Shown piece by piece: positions 43,351 through 54,094 of a stretch of 64,000 bases of DNA (position 1 is its first letter; each line of letters starts with the position of its first letter). A program made the translations under genes and the position numbers. The DNA is from Oscillospiraceae bacterium (lineage in GTDB: Bacteria; Bacillota; Clostridia; Oscillospirales; SIG627), in contig SVQQ01000003.1 of the NCBI GenBank assembly GCA_015065265.1, positions 3,454 through 67,453 of the forward strand. Reading direction: 5' to 3'. Under the pieces are notes generated by a model. It was given only the letters and a program-made list of their open reading frames with translations. It was not told the DNA's origin and ran no database searches.

Positions 43351-44715
43351 TTGAAACTCTTTGTAAATGATAAAAAATTCTATAAAACCGTATTACTTAT
43401 CGCAATTCCGATAGCACTTCAAGGACTGATTACCACAGGCGTCAATATGATGGACACCATAATGGTTGGTAAAGTAGGGGAGACACAACTCTCCGCTGTA
43501 TCCCTTGCCAATCAGTTTATAAATATATTCCACATTTTCTGTATGGGTATCGGTATGGGCGCCTCTGTTCTCGTGGCAAGATACTACGGAATGAAAGACA
43601 ATATGGCACTTAAAAAAACCGTTGCCATTATGCTACGCCTTTGCCTTTTGATGTCCACCCTTTTTTGCGTTCTGACAATCTTCTTCCCCGAAGAAATTAT
43701 GAAAATTTACACCGTCGAAAAAGATATAATTGCCTATGGCGTACGATATCTGAAATACTCGGTTATAACCTACTATCTTTTAGGATTATCCCTTACCTGT
43801 ACCATTGTTTTAAGAAACGTCGGGCAGGTAAAAATTCCCCTTTATACCTCTATTGCAGCCTTTTTTATAAACGTTCTTGCAAACTACGTTTTTATTTTTG
43901 GAAAACTCGGCGCACCAAAAATGGACGTTGCAGGTGCCGCAATAGGTACGCTTATTGCCCGAATTTTTGAATTCTCTGCAATATGCGGATACCTGTTCTT
44001 TAAGGACAAGGAAATCGGTTTCAGAATTAAACACCTGTTTATGAAAGTAGGAAACTTCTGGAAAGAGTACATCAGAGTCAGTATCCCCGTCCTTGTCAGT
44101 GACGGAATACTTGCTTTTGGTAATAACTCTGTGGCAATGGTTATCGGAAGACTTGGCAAAAGTTTCGTTGCCGCAAACGCCGTTACCGCAGTGACCCAAC
44201 AACTCAGTTCCGTTATGATTCAAGGCTTTTCACAAGCAGGAGGTATTGTCACAGGCCACACTCTTGGTGAGGGTGACAAAGAGAAAGCCTACCGCCAAGG
44301 CTACGCCTTTTTACTCCTTGGGATTGTATTCGGCGCTATTTCCGCCCTTATAATTATGCTTATAAGCCCAATAATTATAAATGCCTACGACTTGTCTCAT
44401 GACACCCGAAAACTTGCAAGTGAACTTATGGTGTCAATCAGTATTATCGTCCTCTTCCAAGCCACAAACAGTATAATGACAAAAGGCGTTTTAAGAGGGG
44501 GCGGAGACACCAAAATACTTATGGCAGCCGATAATATCTTCCTTTGGGTTGCATCTATCCCCCTTGGAATTCTGGCAGGTTTCGTGTTCCACCTGTCTGC
44601 CTTCTGGATTTACTTCTTTTTAAAGATTGACCAAGTCTTAAAAGCCATCTGGTGCGTCATAAGACTTAAAAGCGGAAAATGGATAAAGAGAATAAAATCT
44701 TCCAGTGAAATGTAA
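43351..44715 (+). CDS. MATE family efflux transporter
   Basis: TTG start, about 12 TMs, DTIMVGKVG, AGAAIGT and LRGGGDT motifs. Confidence 0.92.
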   Translation: MKLFVNDKKFYKTVLLIAIPIALQGLITTGVNMMDTIMVGKVGETQLSAVSLANQFINIFHIFCMGIGMGASVLVARYYGMKDNMALKKTVAIMLRLCLLMSTLFCVLTIFFPEEIMKIYTVEKDIIAYGVRYLKYSVITYYLLGLSLTCTIVLRNVGQVKIPLYTSIAAFFINVLANYVFIFGKLGAPKMDVAGAAIGTLIARIFEFSAICGYLFFKDKEIGFRIKHLFMKVGNFWKEYIRVSIPVLVSDGILAFGNNSVAMVIGRLGKSFVAANAVTAVTQQLSSVMIQGFSQAGGIVTGHTLGEGDKEKAYRQGYAFLLLGIVFGAISALIIMLISPIIINAYDLSHDTRKLASELMVSISIIVLFQATNSIMTKGVLRGGGDTKILMAADNIFLWVASIPLGILAGFVFHLSAFWIYFFLKIDQVLKAIWCVIRLKSGKWIKRIKSSSEM

Positions 44716-44745
44716 AAAAACGCCACTCATTTTGAGTGGCGTTTA
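44716..44745. terminator. bidirectional terminator
   Basis: AAACGCCACTC-ATTTT-GAGTGGCGTTT. Confidence 0.8.
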
Positions 44746-44760
44746 AACTTTTATATTCTT

Positions 44761-45864
44761 TTACACGTTAAATCTGAAGAGGGTAATGTCCCCGTCTTTC
44801 ATAACGTAGTCCTTGCCTTCACTTCTCACAAGGCCCTTTTCTTTTGCCGCGTTCATCGAACCGCAAGACATAAGGTCGTCAAAGGAAATAATCTCGGCAC
44901 GGATAAATCCGCGTTCGATATCCGAGTGAATTTTTCCTGCCGCCTGAGGAGCCTTTGTGCCGTTCTTGATAGTCCAAGCCCTCACTTCAGGCTGACCTGC
45001 TGTAAGGAAACTTATAAGTCCTAAAAGAGAGTAACTTTCGCGAATAAGCCTGTCAAGACCCGAACACTTAAGCCCCAGGTCTTCAAGGAACATCGCCTTT
45101 TCGTCGTCGTCAAGTTCTGCAATTTCCGCCTCAATGTTGGCACAAATGGGAAGAACGCCGGAATTTTCACTTCTTGCAAAGTCTGCCACCGCTTTGTAAT
45201 GAGGATTTTTGTCTTCAAGGTCGTCAATGTCGGGAATGTCGTTTTCCCCAATGTTAGCCGCGTAAATTATAGGCTTTTCACTAAGGAGGGGAATTTCTTC
45301 GAGAAACTTTTCTTCGTCTTCCGTACGTTCAAGACTTCTTGCGCTGAGTCCCGCATCAAGATGTGCTTTAAGCCTTGTGAGGAAATCTATTTCCACCTGA
45401 ACGCTCTTGTCACCCTTAAGCGCCTTCATAGCGCGGTCGATACGTCTGTCGAGAATTTCAATATCCGAAAGGATAAGTTCGGTGTTGATTGTCTGAATGT
45501 CGTCAAGAGGGTCAATTTTTGAATTCACGTGAATAACGTCGTCGTTGACAAAACAACGAACAACGTGAACAATAGCGTCAACCTCTCGTATGTGAGATAA
45601 GAACTTGTTTCCAAGACCTTCACCCTGAGACGCGCCCTTAACAAGACCCGCAATGTCAACGAATTCAATTACGGCGTGTGTAACTTTTTCGGGGGAATAC
45701 ATCTTCTTTAGTTCATCAAGTCTCTCGTCGGGTACAGTAACAACCCCTACGTTAGGGTCAATGGTACAAAAAGGATAGTTCGCAGCCTCTGCCCCCGCCC
45801 CCGTAATAGCATTAAAAAGAGTACTTTTTCCAACGTTTGGAAGTCCTACTATACCAAGTTTCAT
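44761..45864 (-). CDS. ychF: redox-regulated ATPase YchF
   Basis: GIVGLPNVGKST, NYPFCTI, DIAGLV, GKIHSD and YVMKDGD motifs. Confidence 0.96.
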   Translation of the reverse strand: MKLGIVGLPNVGKSTLFNAITGAGAEAANYPFCTIDPNVGVVTVPDERLDELKKMYSPEKVTHAVIEFVDIAGLVKGASQGEGLGNKFLSHIREVDAIVHVVRCFVNDDVIHVNSKIDPLDDIQTINTELILSDIEILDRRIDRAMKALKGDKSVQVEIDFLTRLKAHLDAGLSARSLERTEDEEKFLEEIPLLSEKPIIYAANIGENDIPDIDDLEDKNPHYKAVADFARSENSGVLPICANIEAEIAELDDDEKAMFLEDLGLKCSGLDRLIRESYSLLGLISFLTAGQPEVRAWTIKNGTKAPQAAGKIHSDIERGFIRAEIISFDDLMSCGSMNAAKEKGLVRSEGKDYVMKDGDITLFRFNV

Positions 45865-45974
45865 ATGTTTCTCCTCATACAAAATAGTTTAACGATTTAT
45901 TTTAACACATAAGATAGTATTTTTCAAGTAGAAGCAAACAAAAATATAAAAAGTGGCGCAAAAGCGCCACTTTT

Positions 45975-46826
45975 TTATTTTACAATATTGAAAACAACAG
46001 GTGGATTTTCGGCACAAAGGGGAGAGATGTACTCGGGTACACCGCCTTCACCCTCAAGGATGCTCAAATGGTCGTTGTGCTTGTCTCCGCAAATCATGGC
46101 AAATACTGGAGAGTCGGGGGCATTTATTAAGTCAAGAACCGTCTTCCAGCTGTCGTTTAAGCAGATTCCCTCGCCGCCGAGAGACAGGTCACGCCCGTGA
46201 CGTCCGTTTATATATTCTTCGTGAAGTTCCTTTGTTGAAAGAGGAACGTGTTGAGTGAGGATTACGTGCTTTTCACCTTTTAACGCCTCTTTTAAATAAA
46301 CAAGCGTCTGTTCTTCATAGAAGTTTCTGGTGTCGTCAAGTCCGATGATGGCAACGTCGCCTACCTTGAGTTTTTGCAGATATGTACTGCCACCGCAAAT
46401 TTTCTCGAATCTCTGACGTACTACTTCAACAGGAGTGCACGAAAAGATAAAATCGTGATTTCCCGGTGTGTAAATATAAGGTATAGGAAGTTTTGCTAAC
46501 TGCTCTTCAAGAAATTCCACAGCCTTATCGGTGTAGAAATCAAGAATGTCGCCTGTAAAAAATACAGCATCAAAATCCTTTGCATTGTCTCTTATCCAAT
46601 CGCAGAGTGTTGCAAATTTTTCACAAGAGGGAACAGAGTCAATAGTGAAACGTTCATAACGTGCAGCTGCCCAGTCGGACACCCTTTTGCCCTTATGCGC
46701 ACCACCCTGAATTATCTTTTTGTCGTCTCTTTCATCCCACAAAACAAGGTGAGCATCGGTTACGTGTAACAGACGAAGATTTTTTTCAATACCCTCACGC
46801 TTAATTGTCTTTTCAATTAAATTCAT
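45975..46826 (-). CDS. metallophosphoesterase
   Basis: TDAHL, TGD, PGNHD, QHVP and CGDKH motifs. Confidence 0.8.
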   Translation of the reverse strand: MNLIEKTIKREGIEKNLRLLHVTDAHLVLWDERDDKKIIQGGAHKGKRVSDWAAARYERFTIDSVPSCEKFATLCDWIRDNAKDFDAVFFTGDILDFYTDKAVEFLEEQLAKLPIPYIYTPGNHDFIFSCTPVEVVRQRFEKICGGSTYLQKLKVGDVAIIGLDDTRNFYEEQTLVYLKEALKGEKHVILTQHVPLSTKELHEEYINGRHGRDLSLGGEGICLNDSWKTVLDLINAPDSPVFAMICGDKHNDHLSILEGEGGVPEYISPLCAENPPVVFNIVK

Positions 46827-46839
46827 TTTAATTTTCCTC

Positions 46840-48198
46840 TTAAATTTTTAAATCAATTATATTTCCTGCCCCCATAATGAGAACAAGGTCATCTTCTTTT
46901 ACGTTTATTTTAAGGTACTCTTCAATTTCCTCAAACGAGCCGAGATATTTTCCGTTTTCCACAGCATCGGACAAATCCTTTGAGGTTATGCCGAACCTGT
47001 TTTTTTCACGTGCTGCATAAATGTCTGCAAAAATTACCTCGTCACAGTCTTTGAAGGAAGTGGCGAAATCGTCAAAAAGGTCGTGAGTACGTGTATATGT
47101 GTGAGGTTGATAAACCACAACTACACGCCCTTTTTCAAAGGCTTTTGCAGTGGCAAGAGTTGCTTTGATTTCGTCGGGGTGATGAGCATAGTCGTCGTAA
47201 ACGTCAGCCCCATTTAGTTTCCCTCTGAATTGGAAACGCCGTCCAACGCCAGTAAAGTTTTCAAGTCCCTTCACAATGGCATCTGATTCAATGCCCGACA
47301 AAGTTGCCACCGCTATTGCCGCAAGAGCGTTTTCAACCTGAAAAGCCCCTGGTACACCAAGTTTTGCATGAAGTAAAAATTCATTGTTATAATACGCATC
47401 AAATTCCGCAAAACCGCGATTTAACTTAAAGTTTTTCGCATAGAAGTCGCAGTCTGTACTTTTTGCCGAGTAATATACTACACGGGCAGAAGTTGTCTTC
47501 GCGGCATCCCTTGCATTTTCACTGTCAAAACAAACTACTGCAACCTTTGAAATATTCATAAATTTTGTATAAGAATCTTTCATTTGGTCAAGACTTAAAA
47601 AGTAATCGGTATGGTCGAGTTCAACGTTTAAAACTACCGACAGAGTAGGGGAAAAGGAAAGAAAGGAGTCCTTGTACTCACAAGCCTCGAAAACGAAATG
47701 CTCGTCGCCACCGATTCTCAGACCTGTTTTTATTACAGGCAGGTCCGCACCTACCATTAAGGTAGGATTGATATCAGCATCCATAAAAATCTGTGATATC
47801 ATACCAGAAGCAGTTGACTTTCCGTGGGTACCTGAAACGCCTATTCTGTTTTTATAGCATTTCATCATTTCCCCCAGAAAGGGCGCTCTGACAACTGTTA
47901 GAATATTAAGTTCACGTGCCTTAACTAAAATTTTGTTATCCTCTTTTATGGCAGCGGTATAAACCACAACCCCAACGTTATCAAGTTCGGGCATCTGGTC
48001 GCCGTACACAACGTCAATACCGTTTTTCTCAACAAGGTCTGTATATACGCCTTTTTTCTCATCGTAACCGGCAACTTTGTAACCCATGTCACACAGCATC
48101 AAAGCGATGGCAGACATACTTACACCGCCAATTCCGAGAACCAGACAAACCTTGTCAGAAATATATTTATCATAGAAGAATTTACTATTTGTTAACAT
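46840..48198 (-). CDS. murC: UDP-N-acetylmuramate--L-alanine ligase
   Basis: GIGGVSMS, GTHGKST, EACEY, DHTDY, DDYAHHP and QPHTYTR motifs. Confidence 0.95.
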   Translation of the reverse strand: MLTNSKFFYDKYISDKVCLVLGIGGVSMSAIALMLCDMGYKVAGYDEKKGVYTDLVEKNGIDVVYGDQMPELDNVGVVVYTAAIKEDNKILVKARELNILTVVRAPFLGEMMKCYKNRIGVSGTHGKSTASGMISQIFMDADINPTLMVGADLPVIKTGLRIGGDEHFVFEACEYKDSFLSFSPTLSVVLNVELDHTDYFLSLDQMKDSYTKFMNISKVAVVCFDSENARDAAKTTSARVVYYSAKSTDCDFYAKNFKLNRGFAEFDAYYNNEFLLHAKLGVPGAFQVENALAAIAVATLSGIESDAIVKGLENFTGVGRRFQFRGKLNGADVYDDYAHHPDEIKATLATAKAFEKGRVVVVYQPHTYTRTHDLFDDFATSFKDCDEVIFADIYAAREKNRFGITSKDLSDAVENGKYLGSFEEIEEYLKINVKEDDLVLIMGAGNIIDLKI

Positions 48199-48292
48199 CT
48201 TGGCACCTTCCATGTAATAATATGATTATATAATGATTTTATTCTTATCAGAGTAAGGATTTAATACAACATAAGAAAAGGAGTTCGGATTT

Positions 48293-48580
48293 ATGCAGAT
48301 TACAGACATTAAAATCAGGAAAACTTTCGACGACGGTCCGTTGAAAGCGGTTGTATCTCTTACTTTTGACGCAGAACTTGCAGTACACGACATCAAGGTT
48401 ATTTATGCAAACGACAGATACTTTATTGTAATGCCAAGTCGCAAAAACGGAGATGGAACCTATCGTGACATTACTCACCCCATCAATGCAGAATTCAGAG
48501 TAATGGTAGAGGAAGCAGTCCTCAAAGCCTACCGCGAAGAAATCGCAAAAGCGCCTACCGAAGCAATTGCCACAGAATAA
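48293..48580 (+). CDS. spoVG: SpoVG family protein
   Basis: MQITDIKIR, VHDIKVI, MPSRK and DITHPI motifs. Confidence 0.93.
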   Translation: MQITDIKIRKTFDDGPLKAVVSLTFDAELAVHDIKVIYANDRYFIVMPSRKNGDGTYRDITHPINAEFRVMVEEAVLKAYREEIAKAPTEAIATE

Positions 48581-48687
48581 GAAACCCTAAAAGAAAAACG
48601 GGAGAGTTTAACTCTCCCGTTTTATTTTTTAAGGAGAAATTTCATTAAATACATTTTAACACCATTTCTCCAAAAAGTCCATACTTT

Positions 48688-49536
48688 TTATGCGTTTTTA
48701 ACTGCTTCTTCTATTTTTTCACTTGCAAGGTGTACCTTCGAGGACCAGATAATGTGTCTTGGACAAACCTCAAAGCATTTACCACAGTGAGTACAAGTGG
48801 AATAATCAATCTTTGCTAAATTGTTTACTACCTTGATTGCTTCCACGGGGCAGTTCTTTTCGCATATCTTACAGCCGATACAGCCGATATCACACCAGGT
48901 CTTTGTGTTTGCTCCCTTTTCAACACACTTACATCCAACCCAGTACTCCGCTTCAAAGGGTACAAGTTCGATAAGTGATTTGGGACAAGCATTTACACAA
49001 GCACCACAAGCCTGACATTTGTTGTAGTCAACTGCTGCAGTTCCGTTAATAATCTTTATGGCATCGAACTTACAAGCCTCAACACAAGTTCCAAAGCCCA
49101 TACAACCGTTGGGACAAAGTTTGTGTCCACCTGCAAGTTTTGCCGCAGAAATACAGTCGTGTATTCCTTCGTACTCATATTTGAGTTTCGCATGGTCGTT
49201 AGTTCCGCTGCACATTACCTGTGCTCTCATACGAACTTGCTTTTCGGCTTTAATGCCCATTATTTCAGATATCTTTTCTATTGCCTCTTTACTTGCAACA
49301 GCGCACTTTGCGGGACTGACTTCTCCCTTTACGATGGCGTCCGCCATAGCACCGCAACCTGCATATCCGCAACCGCCACAGTTAGCGGCAGGAAGATTTT
49401 CAAGTACTTCTTCTGTTCGGGGGTCTTCTTCGACTCTGAAGAACTTTGCCGCAAAGGCAAGTGCAACGCCAAGAGCCCCGCCTATAACGAGGAACCAGAC
49501 TCCCGCCCAGACTATATTCATTATATATTCACTCAT
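48688..49536 (-). CDS. rnfB: Rnf complex subunit B
   Basis: LPAANCGGCGYAGC and several CxxCxxCxxxCP ferredoxin motifs. Confidence 0.93.
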   Translation of the reverse strand: MSEYIMNIVWAGVWFLVIGGALGVALAFAAKFFRVEEDPRTEEVLENLPAANCGGCGYAGCGAMADAIVKGEVSPAKCAVASKEAIEKISEIMGIKAEKQVRMRAQVMCSGTNDHAKLKYEYEGIHDCISAAKLAGGHKLCPNGCMGFGTCVEACKFDAIKIINGTAAVDYNKCQACGACVNACPKSLIELVPFEAEYWVGCKCVEKGANTKTWCDIGCIGCKICEKNCPVEAIKVVNNLAKIDYSTCTHCGKCFEVCPRHIIWSSKVHLASEKIEEAVKNA

Positions 49537-49554
49537 TACTTTTCTCCTTTCAAA

Positions 49555-50136
49555 TTAGAGGCTTATTCCCGAAAATCCCGAGAATGCCATGGCAATAAGT
49601 CCTGCTGAAACGAGAAGAAGGGGAAGCCCCTTGAAAGCATTTGGCGGAGTCGCAAATTTAAGTCTCTCTCTAACCCCTGCAAATATGAGAAGTGCTACGG
49701 TAAAGCCTATTGCCGCCGCAAATCCGAAAACTACAGACTCACCGAAGTTGAAACCGTTTTGAATGTTCAAAAGGGCTGCACCGAGTACCGCACAGTTTGT
49801 GGTAATAAGGGGAAGATAAATACCCAGTGCCTGATAAAGAGCGGGTATAAACTTTTTAAGGAACATTTCAATTATCTGTACCAATGCCGCGATAATGAGG
49901 ATAAAGGCAATAGTCTTTATGTATTCAAGACCGCTTGGCACAAGAATAAACTTATAAACAAGCCAGGTCAGTGCCGAGGCAATTGTCATAACGAACATTA
50001 CTGCAAAACCCATACCCATAGCGGTGGAAGGCTTTTCGGAAACGCCAAGGAAAGGACAAATGCCAAGGAAACGTGAGAAGATAAAGTTTTCTGTAATTAT
50101 CGCCGCAAAGGCTATAAGCAAAAGTTCTTTTACCAT
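49555..50136 (-). CDS. rnfA: Rnf complex subunit A
   Basis: FLGICPFLG and YLPLITTNCAVLG motifs. Confidence 0.95.
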   Translation of the reverse strand: MVKELLLIAFAAIITENFIFSRFLGICPFLGVSEKPSTAMGMGFAVMFVMTIASALTWLVYKFILVPSGLEYIKTIAFILIIAALVQIIEMFLKKFIPALYQALGIYLPLITTNCAVLGAALLNIQNGFNFGESVVFGFAAAIGFTVALLIFAGVRERLKFATPPNAFKGLPLLLVSAGLIAMAFSGFSGISL

Positions 50137-50137
50137 A

Positions 50138-50773
50138 TTACTTTACCTCCTTCTTTTCGGCTTTCTTCTTAACTGAATCCATTATTTTGTTCATTCCCGC
50201 AATAACGAAGGCGAGAGTGAAGAAAGCACCTGCCGACATTATGAAGATAAGAGCGGGTTCAAAGGAGACGGGTGTAACTCTCACTCCAAGGAAGGTTCCC
50301 GAACCTAAAAACTCACGTATGGCGGAAACTACAACCAGTGCCATGGTAAATCCCGCACCCATAGCAACACCGTCAAGCATTGCAAGGAAAGGCTTATTCT
50401 TTGAAGCAAAGGACTCGGCACGTGACAAAATAATACAGTTAACAACTATAAGAGGAATAAATACTCCAAGTGATTTGTTGATTTCGGGAAGGAACGCCTT
50501 GATTAGTAGTTCAATGGCAGTTACAAATCCCGATATAACTACTATGTAAGATGCAATTCGTACTTCTTTTGGAATAAAGTTTCTAAGAAGTGATATAAAA
50601 AGGTTTGAACAAACAAGCACTGCGGTAGTTGAAAGACCCATTGCAAGTCCGTTTGAAACGGAAGTCGTTACCGCAAGGGTAGCACAGGTACCAAGAAGTT
50701 GAACAAGGATAGGGTTTTTGTCAAATAAACCGTCGGTAAATATCTTTTTAATACTGGTTTTTTCTTTCGACAT
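50138..50773 (-). CDS. rnfE: Rnf complex subunit E
   Basis: NPILVQLLGTC and FIPLIVVNCIIL motifs. Confidence 0.95.
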   Translation of the reverse strand: MSKEKTSIKKIFTDGLFDKNPILVQLLGTCATLAVTTSVSNGLAMGLSTTAVLVCSNLFISLLRNFIPKEVRIASYIVVISGFVTAIELLIKAFLPEINKSLGVFIPLIVVNCIILSRAESFASKNKPFLAMLDGVAMGAGFTMALVVVSAIREFLGSGTFLGVRVTPVSFEPALIFIMSAGAFFTLAFVIAGMNKIMDSVKKKAEKKEVK

Positions 50774-51319
50774 TTATTTACCCTCCTTTATTATATTTTC
50801 AATAGTTTCAGTAGCGCTTTCAATTCCAGCCTTTACAGCCTTTGAACTGATGGTCGCACCTGTAATGGCAGTAACAGAGTTTACGTCATCTGATTTAAGA
50901 CCACTGAATTTTGCAAGGTAAGATGCGTCGGTAGCCTTTGTTCCGACACCTGGAGTCTCACTTGCGGAAAGCAAAGAGACTTTAAGTACTTTCCCCTCTG
51001 TATCCGTACCCACTATAAGTCCGATTTCACCCTTGAAACCTACGGGTGCAACGTCTGCATAGTAGCCGATAACGTCACCTTCTTTATTAAGTACAACTCC
51101 CGCGTCACTTACGTTTGAAGAAAACAAAGAGGAGTTTTCTTCACTTTCAAAGTTTTCGCATTCAGTAAAAATTCCCTTAATTGCCTGTGTCTTTTCGTTC
51201 AAAGTGTTTTCGATTATTCTGTCTGCTGTCACAGCGTTTACAAGGGCAAGAAGCAGAGCAATTATCACACAGATAAAAGTGAGGGGAAGAGCAGGTCTTA
51301 AAAATTTAAGCTTTTGCAT
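50774..51319 (-). CDS. rnfG: Rnf complex subunit G
   Basis: GFKGEI, ETPGVG and the flavinylation motif ITGATISS. Confidence 0.92.
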   Translation of the reverse strand: MQKLKFLRPALPLTFICVIIALLLALVNAVTADRIIENTLNEKTQAIKGIFTECENFESEENSSLFSSNVSDAGVVLNKEGDVIGYYADVAPVGFKGEIGLIVGTDTEGKVLKVSLLSASETPGVGTKATDASYLAKFSGLKSDDVNSVTAITGATISSKAVKAGIESATETIENIIKEGK

Positions 51320-52292
51320 TTTTTACCCTCCCTCCGAATTTGGTAGGTTTGGTAGCGCGGTCGAGATACCAAACGAAGAGATTCATTATAAGGATAGCGA
51401 AGGAAACACCTTCAGGATATCCACCGAAGAATCTTATAAATACCGTCAACGCTCCGCATCCGATACCGTAGATGATACGTCCCAGAGGAGTAACGGGAGA
51501 GGTAACGTAGTCGGTTGCCATGAAGAATGCACCAATCATAAGACCACCGCTTAAAATTTCAGAAAGCATAAAATTAAGAGAAGAAACGTTGTCGGGTGCA
51601 AATACAAAGGTAATTAAGGCAACTGTAAGAACGAAAGAAACAGGGATGTGCCAGGTTATTACCTTTCTTACAAGCAAGTATATACCACCTGCTATAATGA
51701 GAAGAGCAGAAATTTCACCTATACAACCTGCCATATTTCCGATAAACATATCGAAAACAGACACGTCGGGAAGTTCTCCGCCCTTGAGAACTGTAAGAGA
51801 AGTAGCGGAAGAAACCGCATCTGCCTCTGTGATTTTGTCAAAGAAAGACAGTCTTACAAGAGGCTCACTGTAATTTGTCATATGACCGGGCCATGATGCG
51901 AAAAGGAATACACGTGCGGCAAGGACAGGATTCATTATGTTTTTACCTATTCCGCCGAAAATGCCCTTTACTATTACCATGGCAAATAAAGCACCTATTA
52001 CAGGTATCCACAAAGGAATAGTGGCAGGGAGATTGAATGCAAGGAGCATTCCGCTGACAACGGCAGACATATCTCCTACTGTGCAAGGCTTTTTAACTAT
52101 AAGATTAAATATGTATTCAAATAATACACAACTGATTACGGAAATCGCAGTAACTGTAATTACTCTTGGTCCGAAAATATATGCTCCCCATATAAACAAA
52201 GGAATCATTGCCAAAATAACGTCGCTCATGAGGACTCTGGTGGTATCCTCGTGTCTGATATGAGGGGAAGCGGAAACTTTTAGAAGTCCCAT
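51306..52292 (-). CDS. rnfD: Rnf complex subunit D
   Basis: SASPHI, FGGIGKNIMNP, SSAT flavinylation site and FMATDYVTSP. Confidence 0.95.
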   Translation of the reverse strand: MGLLKVSASPHIRHEDTTRVLMSDVILAMIPLFIWGAYIFGPRVITVTAISVISCVLFEYIFNLIVKKPCTVGDMSAVVSGMLLAFNLPATIPLWIPVIGALFAMVIVKGIFGGIGKNIMNPVLAARVFLFASWPGHMTNYSEPLVRLSFFDKITEADAVSSATSLTVLKGGELPDVSVFDMFIGNMAGCIGEISALLIIAGGIYLLVRKVITWHIPVSFVLTVALITFVFAPDNVSSLNFMLSEILSGGLMIGAFFMATDYVTSPVTPLGRIIYGIGCGALTVFIRFFGGYPEGVSFAILIMNLFVWYLDRATKPTKFGGRVKNAKA

Positions 52293-52313
52293 TTTATTCA
52301 TCCTTTCTCTAGC

Positions 52314-53612
52314 TTATTTCTTGAGTTTACCTTTTGCAGTCCTGATATATTGAACGATAGGAACGTTTCCTGGACACTGATATGTACAGCAACCGCACTC
52401 AACGCAACTCATCACGTCAAATGCCTTACAACTGTCCCAATCGCCAATTTTAGCAAAAGAAGCAAGATACAAGGGCATAAGGTGCATAGGACAAGAGCCG
52501 ACACACTTTCCGCAGTGGATACAGTTTTCAGGTCCTCTGTTTGTCTTTGACTTGCCAAAACAGAGAATAGATGCAGTTCCCTTTATAACGGGAGCATCTT
52601 TGTCCCACTGTGCAATTCCCATCATAGGACCGCCACTGATTATCTTTTCAACTTCACTTGTAAATCCGCCACAGAATTCAATGATATCCGAGAAAGAAGT
52701 ACCAAGAGGTACGCGCAGGTTTTTAGGCTCACGAACACAGTCGCCCGTTACAGTCATAATTCTGTCTATAAGTGGCATACCGTACTTGAATGCGCGCCAG
52801 ATAGCCGACGAGGTTTCGGCGTTAAGTACCACGCGTCCCACGTCTGCAGGGAGTTTACCTGCAGGGATTTCAACCTTGTCAATAGCGTAAATTAACTGTC
52901 TTTCGTCTCCCTGAGGATACTTGGTCTTCAGTATCTTTACACAGATGCCCTCTTCTTTTTCGAGAAGTTCGTTTAATACTTTAATTGCATCTTTTTTGTT
53001 GTCCTCAACTGCAATATCGCAAAGTTTTAAGTCGAGTGCCTTCATAACCACCTTGACACCGTTTATAATATCGGAAGGTCTTTCAAGCATAAGACGGTGA
53101 TTTGCAGTAATGTAAGGTTCGCACTCACAACAGTTTACAATAAGTTTTGAAACTTTTCCTTTTGCTGAAGAAATTTTAAAATGAGTAGGGAAGGTAGCAC
53201 CCCCCATACCCGCAATTCCTGCATTCTTTATAATGTCAACAATCTGTTCAAACTCCGCTTCTTCAAGAGGAGTTTCACAGGGTTTTATTTCAGGGTAAAG
53301 TTCTGATTTAAAATCGTTTTCAATAACAACGTGGGTGACCTTTTGTCCGAAAGCGCCCACTCTGTCCTCAAGTTTTAAAACGGTTCCCGATATGCTCGAG
53401 TGAACAGGACAGGTAAGAGCCCCCTGGGCTTCACCTATAGGCTGACCCTTAAAAACGTAGTCACCTTTTTTTACGGTAGGATTGCAAGGCGCACCGATGT
53501 GCTGTGACATTGCAATAGCAACCGTAGCGGGTTCAGGCATTACTTCAATGGGAGATTTCGCCGTTATCTTATTCTCCTCGGGATGAAGACCGCCCTTGAA
53601 AGTTAATGACAT
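52314..53612 (-). CDS. rnfC: Rnf complex subunit C
   Basis: FKGGLHP, QHIGAP, GIAGMGGATFP, NCCECEP and two CxxCxxCxxxCP motifs. ATG at 53612. Confidence 0.95.
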   Translation of the reverse strand: MSLTFKGGLHPEENKITAKSPIEVMPEPATVAIAMSQHIGAPCNPTVKKGDYVFKGQPIGEAQGALTCPVHSSISGTVLKLEDRVGAFGQKVTHVVIENDFKSELYPEIKPCETPLEEAEFEQIVDIIKNAGIAGMGGATFPTHFKISSAKGKVSKLIVNCCECEPYITANHRLMLERPSDIINGVKVVMKALDLKLCDIAVEDNKKDAIKVLNELLEKEEGICVKILKTKYPQGDERQLIYAIDKVEIPAGKLPADVGRVVLNAETSSAIWRAFKYGMPLIDRIMTVTGDCVREPKNLRVPLGTSFSDIIEFCGGFTSEVEKIISGGPMMGIAQWDKDAPVIKGTASILCFGKSKTNRGPENCIHCGKCVGSCPMHLMPLYLASFAKIGDWDSCKAFDVMSCVECGCCTYQCPGNVPIVQYIRTAKGKLKK

Positions 53613-53724
53613 TTTTTCACACTCCTTTACGTTCGCGTATATTTTACCACTTTTAATTTCACTTTGCAACACCTAAAACAATCTTTTTTCTCTTTTTTAA
53701 TAATTTTTTCACGAATGTCACAAA

Positions 53725-53742
53725 TTGATAATTTTTTAACAA
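53725..53742. promoter_or_regulatory. candidate Rex operator upstream of rnf
   Basis: TTGATAA-TTTT-TTAACAA, one mismatch to the clostridial Rex consensus TTGTTAA-N4-TTAACAA. Confidence 0.6.
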
Positions 53743-54094
53743 TCTTTTTTCGAAAAAATGCCTTTATTATAGGGGTAAATCCCGATTGTTAAAAAATGTG
53801 TATTACTATTCTGAAAACGAAATGTAAATGCTTACATTTTTATGCGGACCAATATGTGATTTGCAAAGGCAAAATGTTATAAAAATACAAATAGTCTCAT
53901 AAATATTCAAAAGTTTTTAATGTTTTTGTTGTTAATTTATGCATAAATATGGCAAAAAATGTGGTAAAAAATGAATAAAAATAAACTAAAATATAAAAAG
54001 TTTTGTAAAAAAGGTTGATTTTTATATAAAATGATGTGTAATCTTTTTATCCCCTCGGGGATTTTAACAGATTTATTTTAAGGAGAAAAGAAAA

